A DNA stretch of 64,000 bases from sequence record OQ921725.1; one strand, 5' to 3'. The notes under the pieces are model-generated. The model ran no database searches and had not been told where the DNA came from. It saw nothing but the letters and a program-made list of their open reading frames with translations. A program made the position numbers and the translations under genes. This document shows positions 8,706 through 16,982 of this stretch, in pieces. Positions within the stretch are counted from its first letter, which is position 1; each line of letters begins with the position of its first letter.

Positions 8706-9486
8706 CCCCTGCCAGACGACCCGGCACTGCGCGGACCACGGCTGGTGCCACCGCTGCGACCCGGCACTCGCCGCCCTCATGAGCGAGGTCAACCGGCTGG
8801 TGCACGAGGCCACCACGGACAGCTCGGTGCGCAGCGCGCTGTACGAGAAGATCGGCGCCCTGCTGCACACCGGGGACCCGGTGCGGGCGGCGGCAGAGCT
8901 GGCCGAGGCCCGGCAGACGATCCAGAAGCTGAACCGGCGAGCCCAGGCGGCGGAGTCCGTGGCCGAACGGTACGCTCGGGCGATCCGCGACTGGCGGATC
9001 AGCGAGAAGGGCACGTATGTGCCCTACGAGAGTCTGAAGGAGATCGGCGCCCTGGCCGGGGTCGAGATCCTTCCCCACGTCCGGTACATGCAGCGCTTCG
9101 AGAACGCCCAGAGGGCCGAAGAGTTCATCGAGCAGATCTACGCCCTGCTGGAGTACTGGAACACCCTCACGGCACCCTTCGGGCCGCCGCAGTCGTGGTG
9201 GTGGGAAGAGCGCCGGGCGGAACTGTCGGACGTCCTCGCCGGGCGCGGTCAGCCCGGCGCCCGGGACAGCATGCGGGCCCAGGTGAAGGCGGCCGTCGAG
9301 GCGTCCCACCTGAACGACGCCGACGTGGCCCGGCACCTCGGACTGAGCACCAAGCACGTGAGCCAGATGCTCACGGGGCAGGCGACGCTCACCATCGGGT
9401 GGGCGGAGAAGATCCTGGCCCTCTGCGGTCAGCGGCTGGAGATCAGAGCGGTCTCCGCCATCCCTTCGGAAGGGGAGAGTTCGTGA
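8698..9486 (+). CDS. XRE-family HTH-containing protein
   Basis: C-terminal LNDADVARHLGLSTKHVSQMLTGQATLT..WAEKIL; N-terminal HC..HGWC.RC. Confidence 0.75.
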   Translation: MTDPCQTTRHCADHGWCHRCDPALAALMSEVNRLVHEATTDSSVRSALYEKIGALLHTGDPVRAAAELAEARQTIQKLNRRAQAAESVAERYARAIRDWRISEKGTYVPYESLKEIGALAGVEILPHVRYMQRFENAQRAEEFIEQIYALLEYWNTLTAPFGPPQSWWWEERRAELSDVLAGRGQPGARDSMRAQVKAAVEASHLNDADVARHLGLSTKHVSQMLTGQATLTIGWAEKILALCGQRLEIRAVSAIPSEGESS

Positions 9487-9749
9487 GCGACGAGAATTAC
9501 CGGGTCGAGAAGGGCAACATCTACGAGTCGGCCGATCCGCGTGACGGCGGGCGTCAGATCCTGGTCACCTCGTACGTGCCGGGCTACCTGAAGGCCAACA
9601 TCGTCAGCCACCCGAGCGGGAAGAACCACCGCAACGTCGGCGTGAAGTACCTGCACAAGGACCGCAACACCGGCAAGGGGACGCCGCGCAAGAACGGCTA
9701 CTTCTTCGTCGGCAAGAAGCAGGAGGACACCGCCGAGGCCACGGCCTGA
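9483..9749 (+). CDS. hypothetical protein
   Basis: GTG 9483 coupled to upstream stop. Confidence 0.7.
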   Translation: MSDENYRVEKGNIYESADPRDGGRQILVTSYVPGYLKANIVSHPSGKNHRNVGVKYLHKDRNTGKGTPRKNGYFFVGKKQEDTAEATA

Positions 9750-9760
9750 CGCAGACGCCG

Positions 9761-9809
9761 GAAGGAGCTGCACCTGATCCGCCACGCAAGCGGAAGGTGC
9801 AGCTCCTTC
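9761..9809. terminator. strong (probably bidirectional) hairpin between convergent operons
   Basis: 15-bp stem GAAGGAGCTGCACCT / AGGTGCAGCTCCTTC. Confidence 0.75.
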
Positions 9810-9907
9810 GTCGTTGAGCCATCGGTGTACTCGATCTCGATCGTGTCCTCACCCGGTTCGGGCTCGGCCCAGGACGGGGGCCGGAACTTCGCCACCCGGC
9901 AAGGGTG

Positions 9908-10357
9908 TCAGGTCCGCGACCACTCCACCTGCTGGGTGGCGGCCTGGTTCTTCTCGGCCTGCTCGGCTTCCTGCATCCTGACCTGGTTGCGGAGCAGGCT
10001 GTTGACGACGGGCTCGCTCACGCCCAGCTCCTCGGCATGTGCACGCACCTGCTGGGCGCACTCGTTGAACCCGTCCACCCAGCGCTGATCAGCCTCGTTC
10101 TTGATCCGGTTGATGCCGTCGTGCATCTCCCTGACGACCTTCTCCAGCGAGACGATCTCCTTGACCAGGCGGTTCCGGCTGGTGCAGATGCGTTCCAGCA
10201 GGCCCTCGGGCGCCCCCGCCGGGAAGAACTCGTCCAGCAGCAGGCGGGTGGCGCGCTCACCGTCGAGACGCATCCGCTCGTCCATCTGCTGGAAGTGCCG
10301 TCGCCGGGCCCGGCTCGCCTCCCGCTCACGCCGGGCCTGCTCCTGATAGTCAGTCAC
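9908..10357 (-). CDS. hypothetical coiled-coil protein
   Basis: ORF, GC3 bias. Confidence 0.75.
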   Translation of the reverse strand: MTDYQEQARREREASRARRRHFQQMDERMRLDGERATRLLLDEFFPAGAPEGLLERICTSRNRLVKEIVSLEKVVREMHDGINRIKNEADQRWVDGFNECAQQVRAHAEELGVSEPVVNSLLRNQVRMQEAEQAEKNQAATQQVEWSRT

Positions 10358-11108
10358 CGCTCGCCTCCGCCGCCAGCTCGGCCTGCTTCACGGCGGCCCG
10401 CTCGATCTGGAACTTCATCTCCGGCACCGCCTTGCGCTTCTTGGCCAGCGCCTCGGGCAGCCCCGGGTGGCGGGGCTCGTCACGCAGCCACTTCTCGTAC
10501 AGGCGGATCCTGCCCTCCAGCACGGCGAGCCGGGCCTGAGCCTGCTCGACGAGCGTGCCGGAGAAGTCGCCGCTCTCGATCCGGATCTGCTCCTCACGCA
10601 GCCGCGTCGCCTCCGGCAGGACGTAGTCCGGAGTGCGGGGGCTGACGGCCAGGCCGGTCTCCACCCGGCGTTCCTTCAGTACCCACGGAGGAGTGCCGCC
10701 CCGCTTGCCCTGCGGTGGCTTGCTGCGGGTCTCGGGACGCCGGGATGCGGCGGGCGCACTGCGCGGCGCCGGGATGGAGCGCTGAGGTGCCGGACGCCGG
10801 TCGTCGAACTTGCGGGGCACCCGGGGCACGAAGCCGCCGAGCCGCACCGACATGGGGCGCTCGTTGCCCATGCCGTACACCGACACGATCTTCAGGTCAC
10901 CGAGCTGGCGCACGATGTCCCTCGCCTCGGCCTGGCCCAGCTTCTTGCCGTCGCGGTCTTCGAGGTTGGCTACGTCGAGCGACGTCACGGGCCTGTTGGC
11001 GGCGGTCGACCAGGAGAGCAGGGCCAGGACCGCCATCTCTTCGTAGTCGAGCTGACCGAGAACCGTCGGCGACGGGGCGATACCCGTCCAGGGCTGCTTC
11101 TCGTTCAC
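10350..11108 (-). CDS. putative winged-helix DNA-binding protein
   Basis: Start reset to GTG 11108 after GGAAGGGAGAG RBS; wHTH-like N terminus, Pro/Arg linker, helical C terminus. Confidence 0.65.
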   Translation of the reverse strand: MNEKQPWTGIAPSPTVLGQLDYEEMAVLALLSWSTAANRPVTSLDVANLEDRDGKKLGQAEARDIVRQLGDLKIVSVYGMGNERPMSVRLGGFVPRVPRKFDDRRPAPQRSIPAPRSAPAASRRPETRSKPPQGKRGGTPPWVLKERRVETGLAVSPRTPDYVLPEATRLREEQIRIESGDFSGTLVEQAQARLAVLEGRIRLYEKWLRDEPRHPGLPEALAKKRKAVPEMKFQIERAAVKQAELAAEASGD

Positions 11109-11253
11109 GTTCTCTCCCTTCCTTGTCCCCGGAGCACGGGGATCATGATAGGCATCATATCGCCGTTGACCTGCACGTGTCACTCTCGGTTCATCGTTCA
11201 CCGAATGACGTGAAACCATAGAACTCTCTGTGATGCAGATCGCCAAGACGAGC

Positions 11254-11294
11254 TTGCGGCAAACATGTTGATGTGGATAGACTGGCCTAGGCAG
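11254..11294 (+). promoter_or_regulatory. sigma70-type promoter plus palindromic operator
   Basis: TTGCGG-N18-TAGACT running directly into TGGCCTAGGCAG (11283-11294). Confidence 0.7.
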
Positions 11295-11335
11295 CAACGG
11301 AAAAACGGCAGAATAAGCCGAGGAAAGGGAAGAGC

Positions 11336-11491
11336 GTGACGCTCGAATTCCAGAACGGAAGTGGCAGCTCCGGCGGTTCCGGATCCAGCGGGTCCGGCAA
11401 CGGCAGCAGCGGTATCCCGGCGGGTGACCGGGGCAAGGGGCCCGACAACGACGGCACCCTGAACGGTTTCCGGGTCGGGAGGACCAAGTAA
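11336..11491 (+). CDS. 51-aa Gly/Ser-rich peptide (not in ORF track)
   Basis: AGGAAAGGGAAG RBS; TAA overlaps the TerD ATG (TAATG). Confidence 0.6.
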   Translation: MTLEFQNGSGSSGGSGSSGSGNGSSGIPAGDRGKGPDNDGTLNGFRVGRTK

Positions 11492-12207
11492 TGGCGGACA
11501 TGACCAAGGAAACCCTGTCGGACGCGCAGCTCGCCCCGGCGGGACTGCCCGTACTGGGCATGGACGACGTCGCCCAGGTCACCGGAACCATCTCGGTCGG
11601 CGCCGCGTGGGACGCCAGCACCAAGGGCCGTGGAGGCATCTTCGGCCGAGCCTCGAAGAAGGCGGGCGCGGACCTCGACGCCGCCGCCGTCCTCTTCCAG
11701 GACAACGACCCGGTCACCCTCTGCGTCGGCTGGGACGAGAACTACAAGAACCCCCTGCACGGCCAGCCCGGCGACGGCTCGGTGCGGCACACGGGTGACG
11801 CCATCACCGGGGCCGAGGCCCAGGACGGCGACGACGAGGCCGTGATCCTGCACCTCGACCAGATCCCCGCCGAGTTCCACCGCATCGTGGTCCAGGTCGC
11901 CGCGTTCAAGAAGAAGAACAAGGCGATGAAGGACCAGGGCTTCCAGGGCGCGAGCAACGTCCTGTTCACCGTCTACGACGGCGAGCCCACGGCCAACAAC
12001 AAGCAGTTCTGCATCCGCCCCTCGCTGGTCGGCCGCGAGAACTGCGTGATCGTCTGCGTCCTCGACCGAGTCCTCGACGGCTCCGGCCGCCCGACCACCA
12101 CGTGGGAGCTGCGCAAGCGCAAGGCCCGCGTGAACGTCGAGCACGGCAACGTGGAGGCGTTCATCAACGCCGCCGTCGCTGCCGGGAACGCCGCGCAGAA
12201 CGCCTGA
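11491..12207 (+). CDS. TerD-family stress protein
   Basis: ISVGAAWD...ADLDAAAV...SVRHTGDAITG...DGDDE.V.L.LDQIP. Confidence 0.85.
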   Translation: MADMTKETLSDAQLAPAGLPVLGMDDVAQVTGTISVGAAWDASTKGRGGIFGRASKKAGADLDAAAVLFQDNDPVTLCVGWDENYKNPLHGQPGDGSVRHTGDAITGAEAQDGDDEAVILHLDQIPAEFHRIVVQVAAFKKKNKAMKDQGFQGASNVLFTVYDGEPTANNKQFCIRPSLVGRENCVIVCVLDRVLDGSGRPTTTWELRKRKARVNVEHGNVEAFINAAVAAGNAAQNA

Positions 12208-12225
12208 CCTACACCGCGCAGGACA

Positions 12226-12264
12226 GAACGGCCCGTCTCCCCAGACCCTGGAGGCGGGCCGTTC
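12226..12264 (+). terminator. hairpin terminator
   Basis: GAACGGCCCG..CTCC / GGAGGCGGGCCGTTC after the TerD stop. Confidence 0.6.
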
Positions 12265-12322
12265 GCCGTTCCCACGGATACGCTCTTGCTGATACGGGCA
12301 CGCCCGGAAATGAGGTGGAGCA

Positions 12323-13087
12323 GTGGCCAACGGATACGACAGTCACAGCCTGAAGACGACCGGCCTGAGCGAGGCGGCCAGTTCGGACATGCCGATGGGT
12401 CTGCGCACGGCGGTGAAGGACAAGAGGTTCACCCGAAACGGCATCGGCTTCCGGACCCAGCAGGAGGCCGACTACCCCGGCGGCACGGCCAACCGCAAGC
12501 GCGGCATGGACGAGTCGCAGCGGCCCTGGGAGACGGCACAGGAGGCGACGAGCCCGCAGATCCGGCCGCGCGCCACCCTGGAGAAGTCCGGGCTGCTCGA
12601 AGCGCTGCCCCCGTGGCTCCAGAAGAAGGGCGAGGGCGACGAGGAGGAGCAGAAGGAGGCAGCCGCCGAGTTCGTGCGCGAGAACATGAGCGCCTTCCCC
12701 TGCGAGGAGGACGCGCGCATGGCGCTCGCCGTGCTGAGCCAGTTCGTGGACGGCGACACCCTCGACGACCTCCAGCAGGCGATCGAGGACCAATACGGCG
12801 ACCCCATGGAGGCGCCGCAGGTCGACGACTACGAGTACGGCGACCCCGACGAGGACGAGTACAGCTACATGGGGGAGGGCGATCTCCAGGAGGCGCCGCT
12901 GAACGCCGACAAGCGCAACAAGCTGCCGGACTCCGCCTTCGCCCTGCCCGGCCGGAAGTACCCCATCGACACCCCGGCTCGGGCCCGCAGTGCCCTGTCC
13001 CGGGTCGAGCAGTTCGGCTCCGACGAGGACAAGCGCAAGGTGCGCGCGGCCGTGAAGAAGCGATACCCGAACATGGACGTGAGCTGA
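12323..13087 (+). CDS. acidic protein with C-terminal DUF6582-like domain
   Basis: LNADKRNKLPDSAFALPGRKYPIDTPARARSALSRVEQ motif; acidic middle. Confidence 0.7.
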   Translation: MANGYDSHSLKTTGLSEAASSDMPMGLRTAVKDKRFTRNGIGFRTQQEADYPGGTANRKRGMDESQRPWETAQEATSPQIRPRATLEKSGLLEALPPWLQKKGEGDEEEQKEAAAEFVRENMSAFPCEEDARMALAVLSQFVDGDTLDDLQQAIEDQYGDPMEAPQVDDYEYGDPDEDEYSYMGEGDLQEAPLNADKRNKLPDSAFALPGRKYPIDTPARARSALSRVEQFGSDEDKRKVRAAVKKRYPNMDVS

Positions 13088-13253
13088 GATGGGCGAACCC
13101 CGCTGCCGGTGAAGTCGGCCGGGCAAGGCCGGGCAGCGGGGTTCTGGAGGGGCCGTCCGGGTCACCGCAGGCGCCTCGTGAGCAGGTCCATCATTGCGCC
13201 CGTCCGGCTTGCCGGGCAAGGGATTCGAAAGGGTCCGAACGACCGGAAAGAAC

Positions 13254-13772
13254 TCAGGGGTTCTGGTCGGCCGTGTGGTAGAGCATGCCGGTCGGCAGGG
13301 CGATGAGCGAGCAGTTCGCCCAGCGGCAGATGTCCTGCGGCTCCGGGCCGTACTGCACGTAGGCGCCCTCTTCAGTGATCCGGTCGGTGTCGGCCAGGGT
13401 GTAGCCCTCCGCCTCCGCCTCGGCCTGGTACTCCCGCCACTTCTCGTCGGTGCAGGCCCACTCGGTGCGCTGGCCCAGCAGGATGCCGAAGCAGGTGACC
13501 GCCCGTGCATCGCCGTCGGAGTCCCGGCCGAGCGGCGTTCGCATGCCGACGGTCTCGGCCACGAGGTCACCCATCCGGGGGTTCGCCATCCGCTCGTACA
13601 GCTCTCGGCCGCTCTCAGTGTGGGCGCCGTTCAGCGCCGCTCTCCACAGCTCGGTGGCGATCTGGAGGATCACCACCCGCCGCTGCATGGCGGCCTCGTC
13701 GAGGGCGAGCAGATCGTCCCGGGTCCGCTTGATTCCGGCGACGCCCTCGTGAGGCTGAGGCCACTTCGACAT
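13254..13772 (-). CDS. hypothetical protein
   Basis: GAGAAGAGGG RBS, GC3 bias. Confidence 0.75.
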   Translation of the reverse strand: MSKWPQPHEGVAGIKRTRDDLLALDEAAMQRRVVILQIATELWRAALNGAHTESGRELYERMANPRMGDLVAETVGMRTPLGRDSDGDARAVTCFGILLGQRTEWACTDEKWREYQAEAEAEGYTLADTDRITEEGAYVQYGPEPQDICRWANCSLIALPTGMLYHTADQNP

Positions 13773-13826
13773 TTCCCGGTCCCCTCTTCTCCGTTTTCCT
13801 GGAGAAATTCTACCGGGAAAGAGACG

Positions 13827-14003
13827 TCAGAGTCGCCACATCAGAGCGGTGCGGTTCCGCTCGCTGATGAAGTCGGTCCTCGGGGTCATGTCGTGATCCG
13901 ACCAGTAGTTCCGCACCGGTTCGCGGGTGACGCGGCCGGTGAGGGATCCACGAATCCCGGTCGTGGTGCTGCTGCACCCGCTGGAACTGGCTTGCGTGGT
14001 CAT
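13827..14003 (-). CDS. 58-aa hypothetical protein (not in ORF track)
   Basis: GAAGGGGAGG RBS; MTTQASSSGC...ALMWRL*. Confidence 0.5.
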   Translation of the reverse strand: MTTQASSSGCSSTTTGIRGSLTGRVTREPVRNYWSDHDMTPRTDFISERNRTALMWRL

Positions 14004-14037
14004 CTCGACCTCCCCTTCGGTTCGTACGGGCAGTGTC

Positions 14038-14283
14038 TCAGGGATGCTCCGCGAGCGCCCCCAACCACTGGATGATCTGGTAGAAGTCGTAGATCATGAC
14101 GGCCGCCTCGACGCATACGTACAGGGAGACGGCGAGGAGGGTGGCGATGGTGGCATACAGGAGGGCGCGCAGGGGCGACGGCATGGGCACGTGGGGATCC
14201 TGAAGAAGGGTGCCGGTCTGGGGAACTGCCACCATCATCGCAGCCCCTTCGAACTCCTGCTCCACCACGTTCAGCGGTTGCAA
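14038..14283 (-). CDS. possible small membrane protein
   Basis: Hydrophobic stretch LLYATIATLLAVSLYVCVEAAVMIY; start uncertain. Confidence 0.4.
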   Translation of the reverse strand: MQPLNVVEQEFEGAAMMVAVPQTGTLLQDPHVPMPSPLRALLYATIATLLAVSLYVCVEAAVMIYDFYQIIQWLGALAEHP

Positions 14284-14363
14284 CTTGAACCTCTTCTATC
14301 GCTCTGACCAGGGGATAGGAGTAGAATACAGGCAGGAAAAGAGGAGAAACGAGGGGGTAAAAA

Positions 14364-14654
14364 GTGGACTCGGATACGCGGATAAGCCTCAGCCGGGATG
14401 CAGTCGGCCGCGCCCTGACCTTCGCCAACCTGACATGGCGCGGGCTGAAGCGGGGGCCACACCCCGACAACGGGACGGACTGCCTCTACCTGGAGGCTGA
14501 CGTCCGGGAGTACAGCGCCTTCCTGGTGGCGCTGGCCGTGCAGTACCGGCACGCGGACGATCTGCTGATACTGGCCGACCGCGTGCAGCTCCAGCACACC
14601 GAGGCGGGGGACACCCGCTTCTGGGTTCCCGGCCTGTCGGTGCACGGCGTCTGA
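14364..14654 (+). CDS. hypothetical protein
   Basis: Preceded by AT-rich region with TAGAAT -10-like hexamer. Confidence 0.7.
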   Translation: MDSDTRISLSRDAVGRALTFANLTWRGLKRGPHPDNGTDCLYLEADVREYSAFLVALAVQYRHADDLLILADRVQLQHTEAGDTRFWVPGLSVHGV

Positions 14655-14670
14655 GCGGAGCCGGAACGCA

Positions 14671-14704
14671 GAGAAGGGGCGTCCCGCAAGGGACGCCCCT
14701 TCTC
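14671..14704. terminator. bidirectional hairpin terminator
   Basis: GAGAAGGGGCGTCCC-GCAA-GGGACGCCCCTTCTC, 15-bp perfect stem between convergent genes. Confidence 0.8.
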
Positions 14705-14720
14705 AGTGCCTGCTGGCCGG

Positions 14721-15044
14721 TCAGCTTGGGCCGTTGCCGTTCTCGCCGCGCTGGTCGTCCTGGACCGAGCGCTCCTTCATCTTCGTCTTGCAGAACTCGT
14801 CCCAGCTCTCGATGGGCATGAGGGACGTGTAGTCGCGCGTGGTCGAGGCGAAGCCGACGCCCCGGATGCAGAGCAGGACCACGTTCGGGCGGCCGTCGGT
14901 GTTGTTGTAGACCTCGATGTAGTCGGGGTCCATCGACTTCACGCCCTCGATGTCGCGCTTGTCGTTGGAGCCGCAGCCCGTCAGCAGGGCCAGGGCAAGG
15001 GCTGCCGAGCCGGTGACCGTAGCGATCTTCTTCATGCCGTTCAC
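14721..15044 (-). CDS. putative lipoprotein
   Basis: MKK + hydrophobic core + lipobox LLTGC. Confidence 0.75.
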   Translation of the reverse strand: MNGMKKIATVTGSAALALALLTGCGSNDKRDIEGVKSMDPDYIEVYNNTDGRPNVVLLCIRGVGFASTTRDYTSLMPIESWDEFCKTKMKERSVQDDQRGENGNGPS

Positions 15045-15059
15045 GTTCTTCTCTCTTCC

Positions 15060-15100
15060 CGTTGGCGTTCTTCAACTCTACTGCGATGAGGCGAAGTTGA
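15060..15100 (-). promoter_or_regulatory. putative promoter with TCAACT-N17-AGTTGA inverted repeat
   Basis: TCAACT 15072-15077, AGTTGA 15095-15100; minus strand reads TAGAGTTGAAGAACGCCAAC. Confidence 0.55.
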
Positions 15101-15126
15101 ACCTCATGTCTAGCTCAGAACTTCCC

Positions 15127-15636
15127 TCACTCGACCTCAGTCCGGGTCACCTTGCCGCCCAGCAGGCTGAGCGGCTTGTCGGTGTCGAGATCGATCCGCC
15201 GCATCACCCAGCCGTACTCGTCCTCGAACCAGTCCCACGGGACATCCGGACCGGGCTCGGCCGACAGGTGCCGGGCACAGGCGGACATCGCCGCCTCGGC
15301 ACTCACGTGGACGCTGGCTGGCTGGCCGTCGTACTCCGCGACGAACACCTCACGACCGCTCTCGTCGGCCGCCAGGAGCCCCCTCAGCAGCTTCTCCGCC
15401 TGGTTCCGGCGCGAGACCGGGATCAGGCCCAGCAGGGCTCGGTGCATGCGCACGGGCGACATCTCTTCTTCCTCTCCGTGGATCTTCCTTTTCACCCAGT
15501 GGGCCAGGTCGTAGACGGTCAGCAGGATCCGGCCCACGACCAGAACGGCCAGCAGCAGGAGCAGCAGAATGAAGAAGATCACCCCGATCCTCAGCCAGAA
15601 CTCGTGCCATCCCAGCTCGTGAGGATCGAGGCTCAC
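15127..15636 (-). CDS. membrane-anchored hypothetical protein
   Basis: N-terminal TM helix IGVIFFILLLLLLAVLVVG. Confidence 0.7.
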   Translation of the reverse strand: MSLDPHELGWHEFWLRIGVIFFILLLLLLAVLVVGRILLTVYDLAHWVKRKIHGEEEEMSPVRMHRALLGLIPVSRRNQAEKLLRGLLAADESGREVFVAEYDGQPASVHVSAEAAMSACARHLSAEPGPDVPWDWFEDEYGWVMRRIDLDTDKPLSLLGGKVTRTEVE

Positions 15637-15797
15637 TTCTCCACCTCAACCGCCAGGACCGTCACATCCCAGCCGGTTCCCTGCGCCACCCGCTCGCCGA
15701 TTCCGTTGATCAGCCCGACATCCTCGGGGCTAAGATCCGCGATCAGCTCGATCGTCTTCTCGGTCAGGTTGTCCCTGATCACGACGCGCGTTTCCAC
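15633..15797 (-). CDS. 54-aa hypothetical protein (not in ORF track)
   Basis: GGAAGGGAGA RBS; GTGA coupling to next gene. Confidence 0.6.
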   Translation of the reverse strand: METRVVIRDNLTEKTIELIADLSPEDVGLINGIGERVAQGTGWDVTVLAVEVEK

Positions 15798-15839
15798 CCT
15801 GTCTCCCTTCCATGGCGGGGCCGTGCGAGGCCCCGCCCT

Positions 15840-16310
15840 TCAGCTCTTCTTGCGCTTCCGGCTGCCCGGAGCGCTCACCACTTCTTCCCAGCCCTCGGGC
15901 ACGTTCGGGTGGATGCCGATCAGCAACACCCACCCGCCGGTCTCGACGTCCTCTTCCTTCAGGACCGTCTCCAGGGAGCCGACGGATTCCCCGGTGCTCC
16001 CGATGACCTCGCCCTCCTTGACGAAGCCGATGACCTCGACCGGGCCGTCACCGTCCTCGTCCCGGCGTACGCGCAGGACGACATCCTGCGCGTAGTCCCA
16101 GATCGCGAAGAACTGCCCCGGCGACCAGTCGCCACGGCCTCCCGAGTTCACCCGGAAGGCCGCGTTCCTGACCGACTCGACCTTGTTCTTCGGGAAGGCC
16201 GCATCCGGCACGACCAGGGTGGGCGAAGCGGCCAGTGCCGCTTCCTTCGAGGTGTAGGACGATGGACCCTTCGGAGGCTTCCTCAGATACACACCGTGAA
16301 CGCGTGCCAT
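15840..16310 (-). CDS. hypothetical protein
   Basis: GAGGGAG RBS. Confidence 0.7.
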   Translation of the reverse strand: MARVHGVYLRKPPKGPSSYTSKEAALAASPTLVVPDAAFPKNKVESVRNAAFRVNSGGRGDWSPGQFFAIWDYAQDVVLRVRRDEDGDGPVEVIGFVKEGEVIGSTGESVGSLETVLKEEDVETGGWVLLIGIHPNVPEGWEEVVSAPGSRKRKKS

Positions 16311-16378
16311 TGCTCAACTCCCTCACTGCCGGAAACAGTGCAGGATGTTACCCGCGTTGACCTGCACCTGCACCCAGC

Positions 16379-16666
16379 CTATGCCGCGATGAGATCGCCG
16401 GAAAATTCCGGAACGAAAAGCGGCTGGCGCAGGAAGAAGATGTCCTTGAAAGATCCGACCGGATTGGCCGGAACCGTCGTGTCCCCGGCCGGGTACATGA
16501 ACCCCTCGGCCGCGTCCCATGCCTCCTCCGGAGTGGAGAAGAGGACCCCGCCCTCCTCGCGCACGCGCCGTGCCGTCAGCGGGCTGACGAACAGCGGCTC
16601 CAGCCCTCGCCGGAAGCGGGGGAAGCACTCGATCGTCCAGAGGTTGTGCCTGACCAGGGTGTACAC
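16379..16666 (-). CDS. hypothetical protein
   Basis: GAAGGAG RBS. Confidence 0.65.
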   Translation of the reverse strand: MYTLVRHNLWTIECFPRFRRGLEPLFVSPLTARRVREEGGVLFSTPEEAWDAAEGFMYPAGDTTVPANPVGSFKDIFFLRQPLFVPEFSGDLIAA

Positions 16667-16677
16667 GACGGTCTCCT

Positions 16678-16878
16678 TCAGATGGTGATCTTCTCGATGC
16701 TGCGGGTCGGACCCTCTTCGGGCGGGACGAAGTCGTACTCGATGTGGCTCCAGAGTTTCCTCCGGAGATCGTCCATCGCTTCTTCCTTGGTGTCACCCTC
16801 ACCAGAGAGCCCCGTGCGGGGCTCCTTCACCGTGCAGCCATACCGTCCGTAGTCGAATACCTCGACCGTGAACTCCAC
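16678..16878 (-). CDS. HicB-like antitoxin-fold protein (orphan)
   Basis: FTVEVFDYGRYGCTVKEPRTGLSGEGDTKEEAMDDL matches the HicB N-terminal G.T.EEA..N/DL pattern. Confidence 0.6.
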   Translation of the reverse strand: MEFTVEVFDYGRYGCTVKEPRTGLSGEGDTKEEAMDDLRRKLWSHIEYDFVPPEEGPTRSIEKITI

Positions 16879-16913
16879 GGTATTCTCCTTCCCTTGAGCA
16901 ATACGGTACCACG

Positions 16914-16940
16914 AAAAGAGGGCCCCGGAGGGCCCTCTCT
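16914..16940 (-). terminator. hairpin terminator with U tract
   Basis: Minus strand GAGAGGGCCC-TCCG-GGGCCCCTC followed by TTTT. Confidence 0.7.
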
Positions 16941-16982
16941 CGCTGCTCGCCAGCCACCGAAAAGCGGCCGGATTCTGTGGTG

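Noticed and set aside
9698-9895. 65-aa minus-strand ORF MAKFRPPSWAEPEPGEDT...
   Set aside because: Weak RBS, runs through the strong 9761-9809 hairpin and overlaps the convergent gene; the N-terminal half looks coding, so it remains possible
11336-11491. Gly/Ser-rich peptide as a RiPP (lasso or microcin) precursor
   Set aside because: No maturation enzymes, peptidase or transporter nearby, and no recognisable leader motif
13090-13253. tRNA-like TTCGAATCC and hairpins between convergent genes
   Set aside because: The T-stem does not pair and no cloverleaf forms; best explained as terminator-type hairpins
13848-13921. Hammerhead-like arrangement (CTGATGA at about 13864 inside CGGTGCGG/CCGCACCG and GTCGG/CCGAC stems)
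   Set aside because: No GAAA core after stem II and no cleavage triplet in register; the region also reads as a 58-aa ORF with a good RBS on the minus strand
16379-16878. Complete HicAB toxin-antitoxin pair
   Set aside because: The neighbouring 95-aa protein lacks the HicA dsRBD-like pattern with the G.H catalytic motif
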